From NCBI RefSeq assembly GCF_018350175.1, contig NC_058373.1, forward strand, positions 113,214,001-113,278,000: a DNA stretch of 64,000 nucleotides. Direction: 5' to 3'. The notes beneath the pieces are model-generated. The model was given only the letters and a program-made list of their open reading frames with translations. It was not told where the DNA came from and made no database searches. The DNA comes from Felis catus (taxonomy: Eukaryota). Below are positions 11,571 through 24,053 of the stretch, piece by piece (the stretch's first letter is position 1; every line of letters starts with the position of its first letter). A program made the position numbers and the translations under genes.

Positions 11571-14500
11571 GCCACATACATCTTTTTAATATATACCTAA
11601 GATTTGAACATTTGATAGATATTCCGGCTTTATATGAAAGTCCTGAAGCTTCTCTGAAAACCCCTTGAGTGCAGCACCATCTGCACGAGACTAAGGACAG
11701 AAGTCAGGCGCAGCGTGGCCCTATAGCAGGACAGGGGTGGAAGCCGGGACCATTCCCCCCACGGATGGCCAAACAGTCCTCCACAGAGGCGCCACCCGAG
11801 CTGGTGCCCACAGCCAGCTTCCTCCCTGCCCATACCTCCCAGGCTCTCTGAGCTCCCTGAGCTGGCAACTTGCAAGGCAGCATGGGAGCCGAGGAGAAGT
11901 GAAAGGGCAGAATTCACTGCATGCACAGGTGCTTGTGGCCCAGAAGGCTGTGCACCCCTGGGTCACCAGCCGCTGCACCCCCCTCTCCCTGCACTGAGAC
12001 AAGTGAAGGACGGAGAGCAAAATGCAGTGGGCTGCTGTGCTCCCTGGCTCCTCCCCAGCTGCTCTACATACAGAAGCCTCAACCTGCCCCACCTGTCGAT
12101 CCTCCTCCCTTCTCCCAGCCAGCCTGGCACATACCCATTACCTCAAGGAAAGGGCTTTCATGGGGCATGTCCGATACCCCCTCTACCCCCAGTACCACCA
12201 TGACCCGTGCCTGGGAGTTCAATCTCACCCACCAGCACTTCCCCTTCCCAGGGGAACTAAGCAGGCCACATCAACAAGCACGAGACAAAACAGAAACAGA
12301 AACCAAAGCCCACATCCTGGCAGCACAGCCTGCTGGTCGCTGCAGTCAGCCCTGGGAGCCTGCCGCTGCTGGCTGAGATGCCGCCCTGGCAGATGAAGCC
12401 GCTGCAGTCAGAAGAGGCTCCTTTCCGAGGCTGGCCTGGCACAGGACACCTCCTGCTTCCTGGTCTGAGGCTCTTCCACCAGGGAGCTGCTGGGGGCTGG
12501 ACAAGGAGGCAACAGTCTAGCAGGGGTCCCACCCCTGCCTCCAAGTACACATGTTGTCCCCAGCCCCCGCTGACACTCCCTGGCCCCTCAGAGCAGGTCC
12601 CTGGTGTAGGTGGCATGAGGCTCCTTTGTGGACCACAGGGCGTGAACTAGAAGTTTTTGGAGCATGTGAATGTGTGAAGAGCCCTTATAGCAACTAATGT
12701 GGGCAGAACTTAAAACTCTTTTTCCAGTACATCATCCCTCATGATTCTCCCAAGACTCCTGCAGGGAGGGCAGGAGTTATCACCACCCACCCTACCCCAC
12801 TCCCACCCCCAATCCCATTTCAGAGACGAAAACTCTCTGAATCTCAAGACATTAAGAGATTAGGCCAAATCTACACATTTGACTCAAACCCTGGTCTTTA
12901 GGCTCCAGAATCACCCCTCTCCCCATACATCATGACTTCAAGCTGCTTCCCATACGTCTGCATGCACCTGTCCCTCATTCACTATAATCTATTTAGTCTG
13001 TTCTGTAAGCCGCTTATTTGTAAGCATACAGCCCGAGTCTGTCCGTCCAGCTTCATCAACATGCCCAGGCGCTCCTCTGAGACCTGCTCCCTCCTCATTC
13101 CTTTGTGAACCCTCCTAAGCCCCCAGCTATTCCATCACTGATGTTCCCACAGGACTTTGAACATCCTTCCATTGAAACATAATGTCCCATCTTAAAGTTA
13201 TTATTGTCTGTTTCCCCCTCCACATGATGAATTCCTCGAGGCCATGGAATTTCTTTTGGATGGATGGACAAGCAAGGCTGAGAAGGGCCTAGCTAAATGC
13301 TTGGGTGATTGCACCATCCAGTGTTATCAACCAAACAGTGATGTCTAGTGTTCTTCCCTAATTTTTAGGCCACCTCATCATGGAAGGGCTCTCTCCCACA
13401 AAGCACCATAAATATTGGTTTACAGCAGGATGATGTTCACTCTCCTCCCACCTCCAAGAGCCATCACCTGGACAGAGGGGTCAGGACAGACGAGTGGATG
13501 CCTTGGGTAGGGACAACAGAGAAGACATGTCACACGAGGAAGGCTAGGGAAGGAACAAAATGTCCCAGGCATCCCAGGAGAAACTGCAGGCTCCTATGTG
13601 GGCAAGGGTCCAAGCTGAGGCTCAGGTCAGAGAATAACAATGCCTATTCTGTTATTTCTACAATGTGCTGGCACTCTCAAAAGGCACATCCAGTTTTCAT
13701 GCACATAGCATTCATTTCCCAAAGAGGTTTAACCAGCAGCTGCTGGCAGGAAAGTCCCTCTGCATCATTCTCTCCCCTCCACTATAACTATTTAGGGTAA
13801 GCTGGACTTGCAGGATTGAAGCTCTACTTCCCTGACCGGAACCTAAAAACCAAACCTCCCCCCACTCTCCGCCCTCTCTCCATGGCTCAGAACCTAAGAC
13901 TGGAGCCAGGAAGTGGCAGGCAAATACATCCCTTTGTCCCTCTCTATCTCATCATCCCCAGATCTCCCCTCAACCCTAGGTGCCTACAAAGTAAAGAGTA
14001 AATGCCCCCCAAAACCCACCGGGGGAGCCCTCTGCTTACTCAAAGTGTCCTGGTTCTTCCCACGGGATGCAGAATTGCTTTTACTTGTCCTGTAGTAAGA
14101 CCAGCTCAGAACACAAGCAGATTTGGCAACTTCTGGAGTCAGTGAGAGACTATGTGAAAGTGCAAATGCACCTGTGTCTACTCAGCTCCCTCAGGGGAAG
14201 ACCCAAGCCCTTGGGCCTGACTGCCATGGAAGAGGTTGGTGTACCTGGGAAACAGGCTGCCCACACGCTCCATTTGACCCTGTCCTTCCACTCCATGCCC
14301 CCTAGTTTAGGGCTTAGAGTCTAGGTTTCTCTGCCTGCCGGACATCTCACCAATCTGTCTTCTTCCTCACTTGCAGGCTACTCTGTCCTGTCACCCTCCT
14401 CTCCTTCCTTCCTTCTCCCCAACCAGCCCCTCCTGCCTTGCCTGCCTTTCTCCATGTCCCCTTCTAAACAAACCCTGACCACCCATCCCCTACACCTTGG

Positions 14501-15109
14501 AAGGTGGTCTCTGGCCCTGTGCCCCTCCTCTTTCCTTCCCACCCCACCCCCTGGCCCTGGGTAGCTGCTGCCTGCTGCCTGAAAGGCTGGACAGCTGCTG
14601 GGCTCTCTAATTAGCTGCCTGGCTGCCGTCCCAGAGCAAGGCATGTGTTACAGTAAAGAGCTGCCTCACCTCCCCTTCATCAATAATCCCCTATGCAGAT
14701 CCCATCAGGCAGCAGCTGAGGGGCCCTGGAATCCTGGTCACGTGAGACCAGCAAGGCTTCTCCTGTCATCTGGAAAAGGACAGTCAGTAGCCTAACAGCA
14801 CCACTAAGTGACCAGGAATTTATTTATCAAGGTTCTCCCTATTACTGCCCATGTCCTTAGGGTATCCCATAGGTTACCCCACCACCTCCATACCTTTGGA
14901 GCAATGGGAACCCTGCCCTGCCCCTTAGTTGCCTCACCAGTAGAGGCAGAAAGATGCCCAGTGAGCCTTTTGGAGGATAAGTGTGAGCCCTCTGAACAGC
15001 ATGACACCCAGTGGCCTGCTTTTCACAGCTTTCTATAGCCAAGCCACCCCCAGAGATTTCTAAACAACCAGAGACTTAGTCCAAGAAGTCCCGTGGAGGC
15101 TAACATGTT

Positions 15110-15780
15110 TATTCAAGGTGTTGTATTCCAGTGGTCAACAAATATTTATCAAGCACCTGCTGAAGGCCAGGCACTGAACTGAGTGTGAATAAGACAATGC
15201 TCTTGCCCCCTTGGAGCTCACATCTCTGTGGGGAGACAATGATTAGGCTAGCTGACATGCCGTAATGTCTGATAATATGCCACAAAGAAGGGGAGATGCC
15301 TGGTGAGGACAGAGAAACTGGATGTGGAGAGCACGTCTTAAACTTCTCTAAGGAGGTAGCATTTGGGCATAGATGAGAAAGATGCAAAGAAGCCTTTCTT
15401 TCTTTCTTTTTTTTTTTAAGTGATTTGTGTGTGTGTTTGAATGTTTATTTATTTATTTTGAGAGAGAGCGAGCTCAGGGAAGCAGCAGCAGCAGCAGCAG
15501 AGAGAGAGAGAGAGAGAGAGAAAATTCCAAGCAGGCTCCACACTCAGCATGAAGTCCAACGTGGGGCTCGACCCCACCACCATGAGATCATGACTTGAGC
15601 TGAAATCAAGGGTCAGACACCCAATTGACTAAGCTACCCAGGCTCTCTGCAAAGAAGGCTTTCAAAGAGCTTTGGGAAAAGCATTCCAGGCACAGGGAAT
15701 AGTAAGTAAAAAGACCCTGAGGGAGGAGCAAGCTAAAAAACAAGTTTGAGAAACAGCAAGGCCAGAGCAATTAAAAAGTG
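15110..15780 (-). mobile_element. L2 remnant (split by a SINE)
   Basis: caacaaatatttatcaagcacctgc...; agcattccaggcacagggaatag...aaagaccctgag. Confidence 0.65.
15399..15647 (-). mobile_element. CAN-SINE with internal (GCA)n(GA)n, inserted in an L2 remnant
   Basis: TSD tgcaaagaag(c/g)ctttc at 15383-15398 and 15648-15663. Confidence 0.9.
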
Positions 15781-16519
15781 TAATTAAGGGGTCAAACGTT
15801 CCCTGCCCCTCATTGCAAAAGTCATCTGGTGGTCCCTACAGTGCCAGCTGGGCCATGGCAAAGCCCCAGTTGCCAAGGGGACATGCCCAGTACAATTGCC
15901 TTGTGGGCAGGGGCTGGAAGGTGCAGGCCCCAGTCAGCTTTGGCAATATATTTATTAACAAATAAAAGTAAAGTTAAATCTTTTGTTGACTGATGGCCTG
16001 GATTTTCCACCTGTTTCCCATCAAAAGAATTTAAGTAAATTTACTAGGCCTTCTCTAACCTGATTATTTCACTTTAACAAGAAAGTAAATGTTCCTTTTT
16101 AACTCCACCTAGTTTGTTAAGTTTTCTGTCATCTGAAATCAAGAAAATCCTGACTAACACAAGTAATTTTCCCCCACCTGGAACATACCTTTTTGGCATG
16201 AGAATCACGTATCTGAGCACCACCTGCCCACCTCTGCCGCCATGCAGACCAATGGCTCTGCCCTGGCACACAGGAGAACTGAGAATAAGGTCAGATGCCT
16301 AGCTAGCTGCGTCCCTCTCAGCAGGATGTCTATAGTTTTGGGGGCTCCAAACCTCCCTTCTGGGTGCTGCCCAGACTTTGTCATTTCCCCTTTCACCACA
16401 CATGACCCTTGCCAGCAACCTAGCGTGCCTTGACTCTCTTCCACAAACTGGATATGGGAAAACTAATAGTGCAAGAACAAGTAGTGCACAACTAGATTGT
16501 TTTTCTATAAGCTCTAGAA

Positions 16520-16721
16520 TAGCATTGTCCAATTTGATAGCTACATGTGGCTATTTAAATTTAAATTTACTAAAAATGAATAAAATTAAAAATTGCATCC
16601 CTCCATTGTACTAGCCACATTTCCAGTGTTCAACAGCTACATGTGGCTAGTGTCTACCATATTGGACAGTGCAGATATAAAACATTTCCATCATCACACA
16701 AAGTTGTATTGAGCTGCACTG
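16520..16721 (-). mobile_element. MER3-like hAT-Charlie MITE
   Basis: Repeated agctacatgtggcta motifs, attggacagtgc inverted termini, AT-rich core; degenerate 8-bp TSD ctctagaa / ctctggag. Confidence 0.82.
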
Positions 16722-18509
16722 CTCTGGAGCTTATCCAGGGTGACCAGAAGGCTGCCAGACATACAGACCTAAAACTAAGCTACATTTTCTTGCTCTTGGA
16801 AAAGCTTTTCTTGTGAATAGATACCCCTGCCCTTCCTCTCTTCCTCAGGCTCAGGCCTAGTTAACCATTGTTAAGATGGGGGGGTGGGGGGAGGGTGAAC
16901 CATTGTTTTATGAAAGTCTGTGTCCACTGTGACTTATATCCAAGAACCAGGAGAGGGCTCTTGCTGAATGAGGTCAGCCCCTGCGTCTCTGGCTATAACT
17001 CAGTCTAGGGGTGCTGCCTGGAGTGTTTAAAAAGTCCAGAGTGTTTATTGGGCACCTCCTGTGTGCCAGACAGCTTCCACACAGAACCCCTCACAAGTCT
17101 GGGATGGAGGCATTAACTCAGATTTACTCAGGAGGGGTTGGAAACTCAAAGAAGTTAAAGGGAAGGTCAAGTTTTTACTAGCACTTTTTTCTCTTACACC
17201 ACTCAGGAGAGATGGGGATGTATGGACAGGAAATAGGGACTTCATGTACCCACAGCAATGGGCCACCAACAGTTGACAGTGGGTTCTCATGTCAGCTGCC
17301 CCTCCCAGCATATTCAAGTCCACCAGGGCCTTGGGAGAGCTGCCTCCAAGGGTCTGCCCATGAAGGCCCAGTTATTGAAAGACACCACATTGAAACCACA
17401 GGAAGGCCACAATACAGAAGACAAACCTGAGAAGGTGGTAGGGGTCGGAACACAGACATGTGGCATTTCTCCTGGGCAAAGAAGGGAGGGGCATGAGAAA
17501 ATTTTGTTATAGAAAGCTATATGAACCATGAGTTCCTTACCTGTGCCTCCCCATGTCCTGGGTAAAAACTCAACATATAGTAGGGACTCAACATCCAAGT
17601 GCAGAATGAGGAAAAAGGCAAGGCGCAGGTACTCCATGAGTGAGGGAGGAGGCCCGGCCAAGACAAGACTGAACAGCAGATGCACTGGGGGAAACACAGG
17701 AATGAGATGTACTGAAGGAGCTGTGACAGTTGCTGTCTGCTCTACATGTGACCCAATCTGAATGTCCCCTTCATTTAAATAATGGCCCAGAGGAAAGGAC
17801 AGCATACACCCGGCTGGGTCCTGACTGCAGCCAGGCACTTCCACCATGAGCGTAAGCCCTGCAGCCCTGGCCCTCCACTCAGCCTCTCGCTGGACAGCTC
17901 CATCTACTGTGAAAGCACTGAGCCTTGCAGCATGTTCAAAATATGGCTCCAAACAGCACTTAGGCAAGAGTAATTAAAGGGATGTTATCGCAGTCAGTCT
18001 CTCATTAGCCACATAATTAGACTGCTGAAAATAATTAACATTCCTTTTGACAAAGGAAACAGAGGGCCCATTACATTCATTAGGACAACCTCAAACTAGC
18101 CTGAGGAAGGCTGAGAAGAGAACTCATCACCTCCCACCTCTGCACAGGACAGAGTCAGCATCAGGTAACACAGACCTGGTGATGAGTCCTGGCTGAGGCC
18201 TGGATGCCCCAACGTATGTGTTACAGATAAAAAGTAACACCCACACATATTCAGAGAAGAAAGACTTGAAGGAAATGCATGACTATATCACTATGGCAGG
18301 ACCAGGGGAATATACCTGCCACCCCCAAGGCCCCAGAAAATGGCAGAAGAGACATTTTCTAGGAAGAGTAAATCCATTACAGCACCAGAAAACAAGGAGT
18401 GATATGGGGTCCCTGAAGATGGAAGGCAAATGGGAATAAACTGATGGAGAAACCACAACCCCCAATATAAAACCATGAAAAAAATAACAATATTAATAGT
18501 AACTGACAC

Positions 18510-18690
18510 TCACACAGCATATAAATATGAGACACTATTCTTAGAACTTTGTATTATTTCATTTAATATTCACAGTAATCCTTTGAGATAAAAACTACTA
18601 TCATCCTCACTTTATGAATAAGACTCAGAGTTACACAGCTTTCTCAAAGTCATGGTACTAATAAGTGCTGGGTTAGGATCTGAACCCAAG
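18510..18690 (-). mobile_element. MIR SINE
   Basis: Reverse MIR core: tcctcactttatgaataagactcagag...ggatctgaacccaagcag. Confidence 0.6.
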
Positions 18691-20079
18691 CAGGTGAGGC
18701 GAAGGGTTTTGTGCTCAGTCAGAGTAGCAGCTCTGGGGGCTCCAAGTTTGGAGCCAGCACACTGGGGGCTCATGAGAAGCCCTGAGTGATGGGTGATTGG
18801 ATTTGGAGCAGCTGGGCCCCTATCCCACCTCTCCACCCATGTTTGTGTCCTGGAACTTGGGGCAGGGGGGCAAGGGACACCTAGACACCAGTCCCTAGCA
18901 GACACATCCCACCCCCTGTTCACAACCAGTGACTGGCATGGAACTAGGGTTCACAGAGTGGTGACTGAAAAATCTCACAATACAAAGAGAGGAACACATA
19001 ACAAAGACTCACCAAACATTTGACAGAAACCAAAACTGCCAGAAAAGCACCAAATTTGAGAACAGAAGTTATAAAGAAAGCAAAATAAAGTTGACAGAAT
19101 GAAATGTTTTTAAAGCACAATGAATATCCCCTGAGGGATGGGAAGGGCTACTGAATCCATGAACCAAAATAAGACTGACACCAGAAGAATGATAAAGATC
19201 TTACAAGTGAAGGAAATACACCATGGCTAACCCATTATCTGGGGATGAAAGAATAGAGTAACCTCATTAAAATTTTTCTTTATGTATTTCTATTTTTCTA
19301 AACTTCCTATACTGAATATATACCCCTTTGAGTACTGGAAAAGTTACTTTTTAAAATGTCTGGCGTGAGGTGGGCGCTCAGTAAGATTTGGTAGACCCTG
19401 CCCCCATGTCAACCCTTAGCCCTATCCAGGCTGACCCATGATTCACTGCTCCCCAGTCACACAATCCACACCCCCAAACTCCCGGTCTCTGTGCACATAG
19501 CTGCCCTCCCAGAGTGCCTTTATCTCTCCTCCCCATTTACCCATATTTGCCTTTTCTTCAAGGCCCACTCAAAGATTACTTGCATTAACAAAAGGTCCCT
19601 GAATCCCCCTCAACCCAAACTCCTAAGGGCACCTAATTCTCCAGGGTCATGGGACAGGTCTGGTTGAGCTGCCCTATGGGGTCATAGTGCTGACAACTTA
19701 CCTGCCCTTTACCTTTCAGTGAGTCCAAGTCTGTTCTCCCAACTCTACTGTAGGCTTCTTAAAGACACCAAGAGGCATGAGCCTTCTTTTTATATCCCCC
19801 TGTGCCCAAGAAAAGCTGAGAAGCTTTCACAAGAACATGCTTACATGTCAGTTGACTGAATGACGAATGAATTGCTCTTCCTGGTGGGAGTAGAAGTGGC
19901 AAACTATTGTGGAGATTTGGTTACTCAACAGGGTGGGGCCCAGCATGGCACATAGGTGGGGTGCCCCAAATGGGCCACCTGGTTTCGTTCCAGACAGCTT
20001 TGAACTCCTACCCCTTGCCTAGGATCCAGAAATACCTGTAAACCCAGAGGGTATGATTGGTAAGTCTAAGGTCAAAATG

Positions 20080-21045
20080 TTGATGAGCAAGATATTTATA
20101 TGGTCTTAAGGTATCTCCCACAGATTGCTTACTAGTAGTAAGGGAAAATTAGTAAGTGCACAGTGAAGAAATTGGACAACACCTTAACCAAGAGCTCTAA
20201 CTTAACACCACATCATAAGGGGCAAATGGCCAGCCAATGCCTCTAGATGTAAGACATTGAAAAAGACGCAACATCACTCATGTAAATCCCAGTCAGGAGT
20301 GTATAACCCAGAGTCTAAACATGAGGCAACATCAGACAAAATCCAAGGAGAAAAATATTCTATTTTTTTAAAAATGGGGAGGGGAGGCTATATTCTTCAA
20401 AAATGTCAATGTCATGGGGGCACCTGGTTGGCTCAGTCGGTTAAGCATCCAACTCTTGATTTTGGCTCATGTCATGATCTCACAGTTCTTGAGCTTGAGC
20501 CCTGCATTGGGCTCTGCACTGACAGCACAGGGCCTGCTTGGGATTCTCTCTCTCCCTCTCTCTCAAAAATAAATAAACTTAAAAACAATTTTTTTTTTAA
20601 GTCAATGTCATGAAAGACAAAGAAAGACTAAGGAACTATTCTAGAGGCAAGGGGACTAAATGCAATATGAGATTCCAGAGTAGACCCTGTACTGAAGAGG
20701 GGAAAATGCTATAAAGGACACTGTTGGGTCAGTTGACAAAACTGGAATACTGCCAGCAGATTAGATAAAGTATTGTATCAATGTTCAATTTGCTGAAGGT
20801 TATATAAAACAATATCTTTATTCTTAGGAAACCCACACTGAAATGTTTACAAATAAAGGTCCCTCATTTAGGCAACTTAATCTTAAATTCCAAAAAAAAA
20901 TTTAGACAGAGAAGGAACATAAATGATAAAAAAAAAATGAGGCAAATGTTTAAAAAAGTGAATCTGGATAGAGTATTTGGGTGTTTTGTACTATTCTGGC
21001 AACTTTTCTGTGACTTTGAAATTACTTCCAAATAAACAGTTTGGA
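20080..21045 (+). mobile_element. Old L1M (L1MC/ME-type) 3' remnant
   Basis: gctataaaggaca...ttgacaaaactggaata and gcaacttttctgt...ttgaaattacttccaaataaa are L1M 3'UTR signatures. Confidence 0.7.
20416..20600 (+). mobile_element. CAN-SINE inserted in an old L1M remnant
   Basis: gggggcacctggttggctcagtcggttaag head; TSD gtcaatgtcat on both sides. Confidence 0.9.
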
Positions 21046-21487
21046 GAAAAAAAACAACAAAAGAGCCCCTTCCACTAGACAGGGTGTGGGGTAGGAGTGG
21101 AGAAGACATAGAGAGTAAATCCAGGGAGAACATCGGTCATCACATGTCTGCACTGGGGACAAATATAACCTTTTGGGTCTATTTTTATTACATATGGTTA
21201 ATATTTTCTGGAGATGTTTTGACATCACTTCTGTCCACAAGCCCACCATAATGAGTCAGGTTGTATTTGTTAAACCACAGCCTTCTAGGTGTTTCACGAT
21301 ATTTCATTCCCCCTGCCCCATCACCACCAAATTTTGCAGCTAGTCCTATTCAGACTGCCTGACTTTAGGCCCTTAGGCCATATTCCTCCCTTTGGAGATC
21401 TCGTGCTGGCTTTCTGGGGTGCATGTCCCATTTCCCACACCCCACCACCATCACCACCACTGGACTCCAGAGTAGACTTTGCTCCCA

Positions 21488-21488
<1 letters not shown>

Positions 21489-21534
<46 letters not shown>
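21489..21534. repeat. (CA)n microsatellite
   Basis: Pure CA run read directly. Confidence 0.97.
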
Positions 21535-21537
<3 letters not shown>

Positions 21538-23745
21538 CCTCCCTCCCCAGGTGCCCTGTCATAGCTGGGTGTGGTCACCTTTAACACAGCCAGACAGCTG
21601 ACCCAGTCTCTTTAAGCAGGCTCACTGCAGTCTACAGGGAATCAAGCAAACCATCACATTGTACAAATTCATTTATTAATTCAGAAATTAATATGATCTG
21701 ATATGCATCTTTTATGGGCAGACTCCTCAATGCTATGTAGGTTGGAGTATGAAAGCTGAAACACCAGAGTGGGGCCAGTAGTTTTTAAAACATTGGAAAT
21801 ATACAATCTTGGATATTCTACCAACACCAGACACCAGAAAACTAGTAATAATAGTAAATTACACTCTTACAGTGCTTTTTACTTAAATGAGCCCCTTCAA
21901 GTTCATCTCATTATTTATGCATTCATTCACACATTCATTAAACAATCACTCAGGATCTGTGTTGTGCCACCAGGGGCAGGCAAAAGCCACAGAGGTAAAG
22001 GCCCAACCCGGGCCACAGGAAGCTGCCATTCTACATGGCCCTGAATTGCCCAATTGGCCTGTACACACGTGCTTAGGGTGCCAGCCATGATGGGGCGGTG
22101 AAGAAAACTATTTGAAAGGACAGAAAACGAGAGAGTCAAAGAGAAGTTACTGTGACTTTGGTGCACCAACAGATTTTGCTGTTTCTAAAAACATGACTCT
22201 ATATGATGACTCTATACTGATTTATGTGTAATTATTTATAGGACCATAAGCCCATGAGTGCTAAGGGCCTCTAAAGGTCTTATTCCAGCCCAAACAGTAA
22301 GTAGAGGTTGCAATCCTGAATGCCAACAAGGGTCAAGCAGCCAACTCAAATTAGTTAAGACTCAAGAGCTATTAAGAAAGCAGGACTGACAGGTGACTTT
22401 TTTGCATGGTTTTAACATATACTGAATTGTCTGGGAGTGCCATCACAGTGCAGTTAGAGGGGATACTATACTTTGTATTCTTTGAAATGTCACCAAGAGC
22501 AGTTGACCATCTGGGAAAATCACGTCAACCTCAGCAGCACCTCTCCTGGTATCTGAGTCACCCACACAACACACCTGGATCCTGTGGGTATTTGTGGCTG
22601 TTACATTCTCAGTGATTCTCTGCACAGGTTCCAGCATCTGACTTCTTCCTTCTGTTTTCTGTGTAGTTGTGCCTGAGCAATTACATACTAGAATACATGA
22701 CACTGTATTATAACTAACTTTTCCTTTATTTCTCTGTTATATTACAGTTAGGGCATTATATTGATTTGTTTAAAAAACATGTATATATGTGGGTCATATT
22801 ATTTAGGAATTTTATTTAGGGTGATCAGAAGGCATTATAAATATTTGCTAGATAAAAAGGGGGCACCATTCCAGATCATGTGCCCTTAGAAGCAAGAGAA
22901 ACTATAGTGCCAAGGGGAATCAAGGGGGAAACAGAATTAGGGTGGCTTCAAAAGATAAAACCCACAGAAGAAACTCAATGGTCTCTTACAGATATTGACA
23001 TGAGGATCCTGAATGATGGGTATATAGACAATGTGGTCAACTGATGGGGCATAAGAAGAAAAGTATTCAATTGGGCACCTTTGGGAAATTTCATCTGCAT
23101 ATTTAATTTAAATTATACTATATCTCAGCATTTTCCTGCATAGTGACAATAGGTAAAAGACCACAAGTCATCCATAGGGGCCAGGGAAATGATAAATGGT
23201 TTAATGTCTGGAGGCAAAGATGTATTTAGAAGAAGTCAAAGAAACAGGTGCCAGGCTTGGTCTGGGGAATATCTTCTTAATGGATGAGAAGATGAGTAAA
23301 CAGTATATAAGAGGATGCTTAAGGATATTTATGGAAAATGCTACATTGTGAGGAATCATGGACAGGAATAGGGATAGAGAAATGATCTCAGAGGACCTCC
23401 AATAGGTTAAAAGGCAGACCAGAAATATTTAGGGCTCAGATTCTGAGAGGGATGGTTATTTAATGGGGGGGGGGGGAGGGGAGGATGTGGTCTAAATTCC
23501 CATAAGCATGCCCATCGCTGTCAAATAGGGACAAAGGGCTTAAAAAAAAAGATGTCTTTCAATCAAGAGGGGATACCTAACTGATTCATGAGTCGTCCCC
23601 AATCTGAGGACACCCAGGGCCTGGGAAGAAAGGAAGGGAGCAGCCTGCCAGCTTGAAGTGCCAAGGGAAGGTCCAGAAGCAAGGCTTTCTGAGCCTGGCT
23701 CTTCTACAAACACTCCCAACTCCATCACTTCTCAGTTTCCTCATC

Positions 23746-23752
<7 letters not shown>

Positions 23753-23792
<40 letters not shown>
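23753..23792. repeat. (AG)n microsatellite
   Basis: Pure AG run read directly. Confidence 0.97.
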
Positions 23793-23796
<4 letters not shown>

Positions 23797-23808
23797 AAAC
23801 ACAATGGA

Positions 23809-23907
23809 GTGGCACCTGGCTGGCTCAATCAGTAGGGCATGTGACTGTTGATCTTGGGGTCCTGAGTTCAAGTCCCACACTGGGGACAGACATTACTTTA
23901 AAAAAAA
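23809..23907 (+). mobile_element. Short old CAN-SINE (tRNA head plus A tail)
   Basis: Pol III A box (tggctcaatcagt) and B box (gagttcaagtcc), A tail; TSD cacaatgga. Confidence 0.8.
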
Positions 23908-23973
23908 ACCACAATGGAACACTTTAGATTCCATCATTGTACATTTTTCTATTGTTTTCAGGCTATTCCAGGA

Positions 23974-24007
<34 letters not shown>

Positions 24008-24022
24008 ATATGTATACATATA

Positions 24023-24053
<31 letters not shown>
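23974..24053. repeat. Compound (GT)n(TA)n(T)n microsatellite
   Basis: Read directly. Confidence 0.95.

Noticed and set aside
17314..17967. 217-aa minus-strand ORF as a single-exon gene
   Set aside because: Non-ATG start, no recognisable homology, and it reads through a strong donor. Only the 17541-17637 part is kept as a hypothesis.
23809..23890. tRNA-like sequence (also all SINE heads)
   Set aside because: A tail, TSD and degenerate stems indicate a tRNA-derived SINE, not a tRNA gene.
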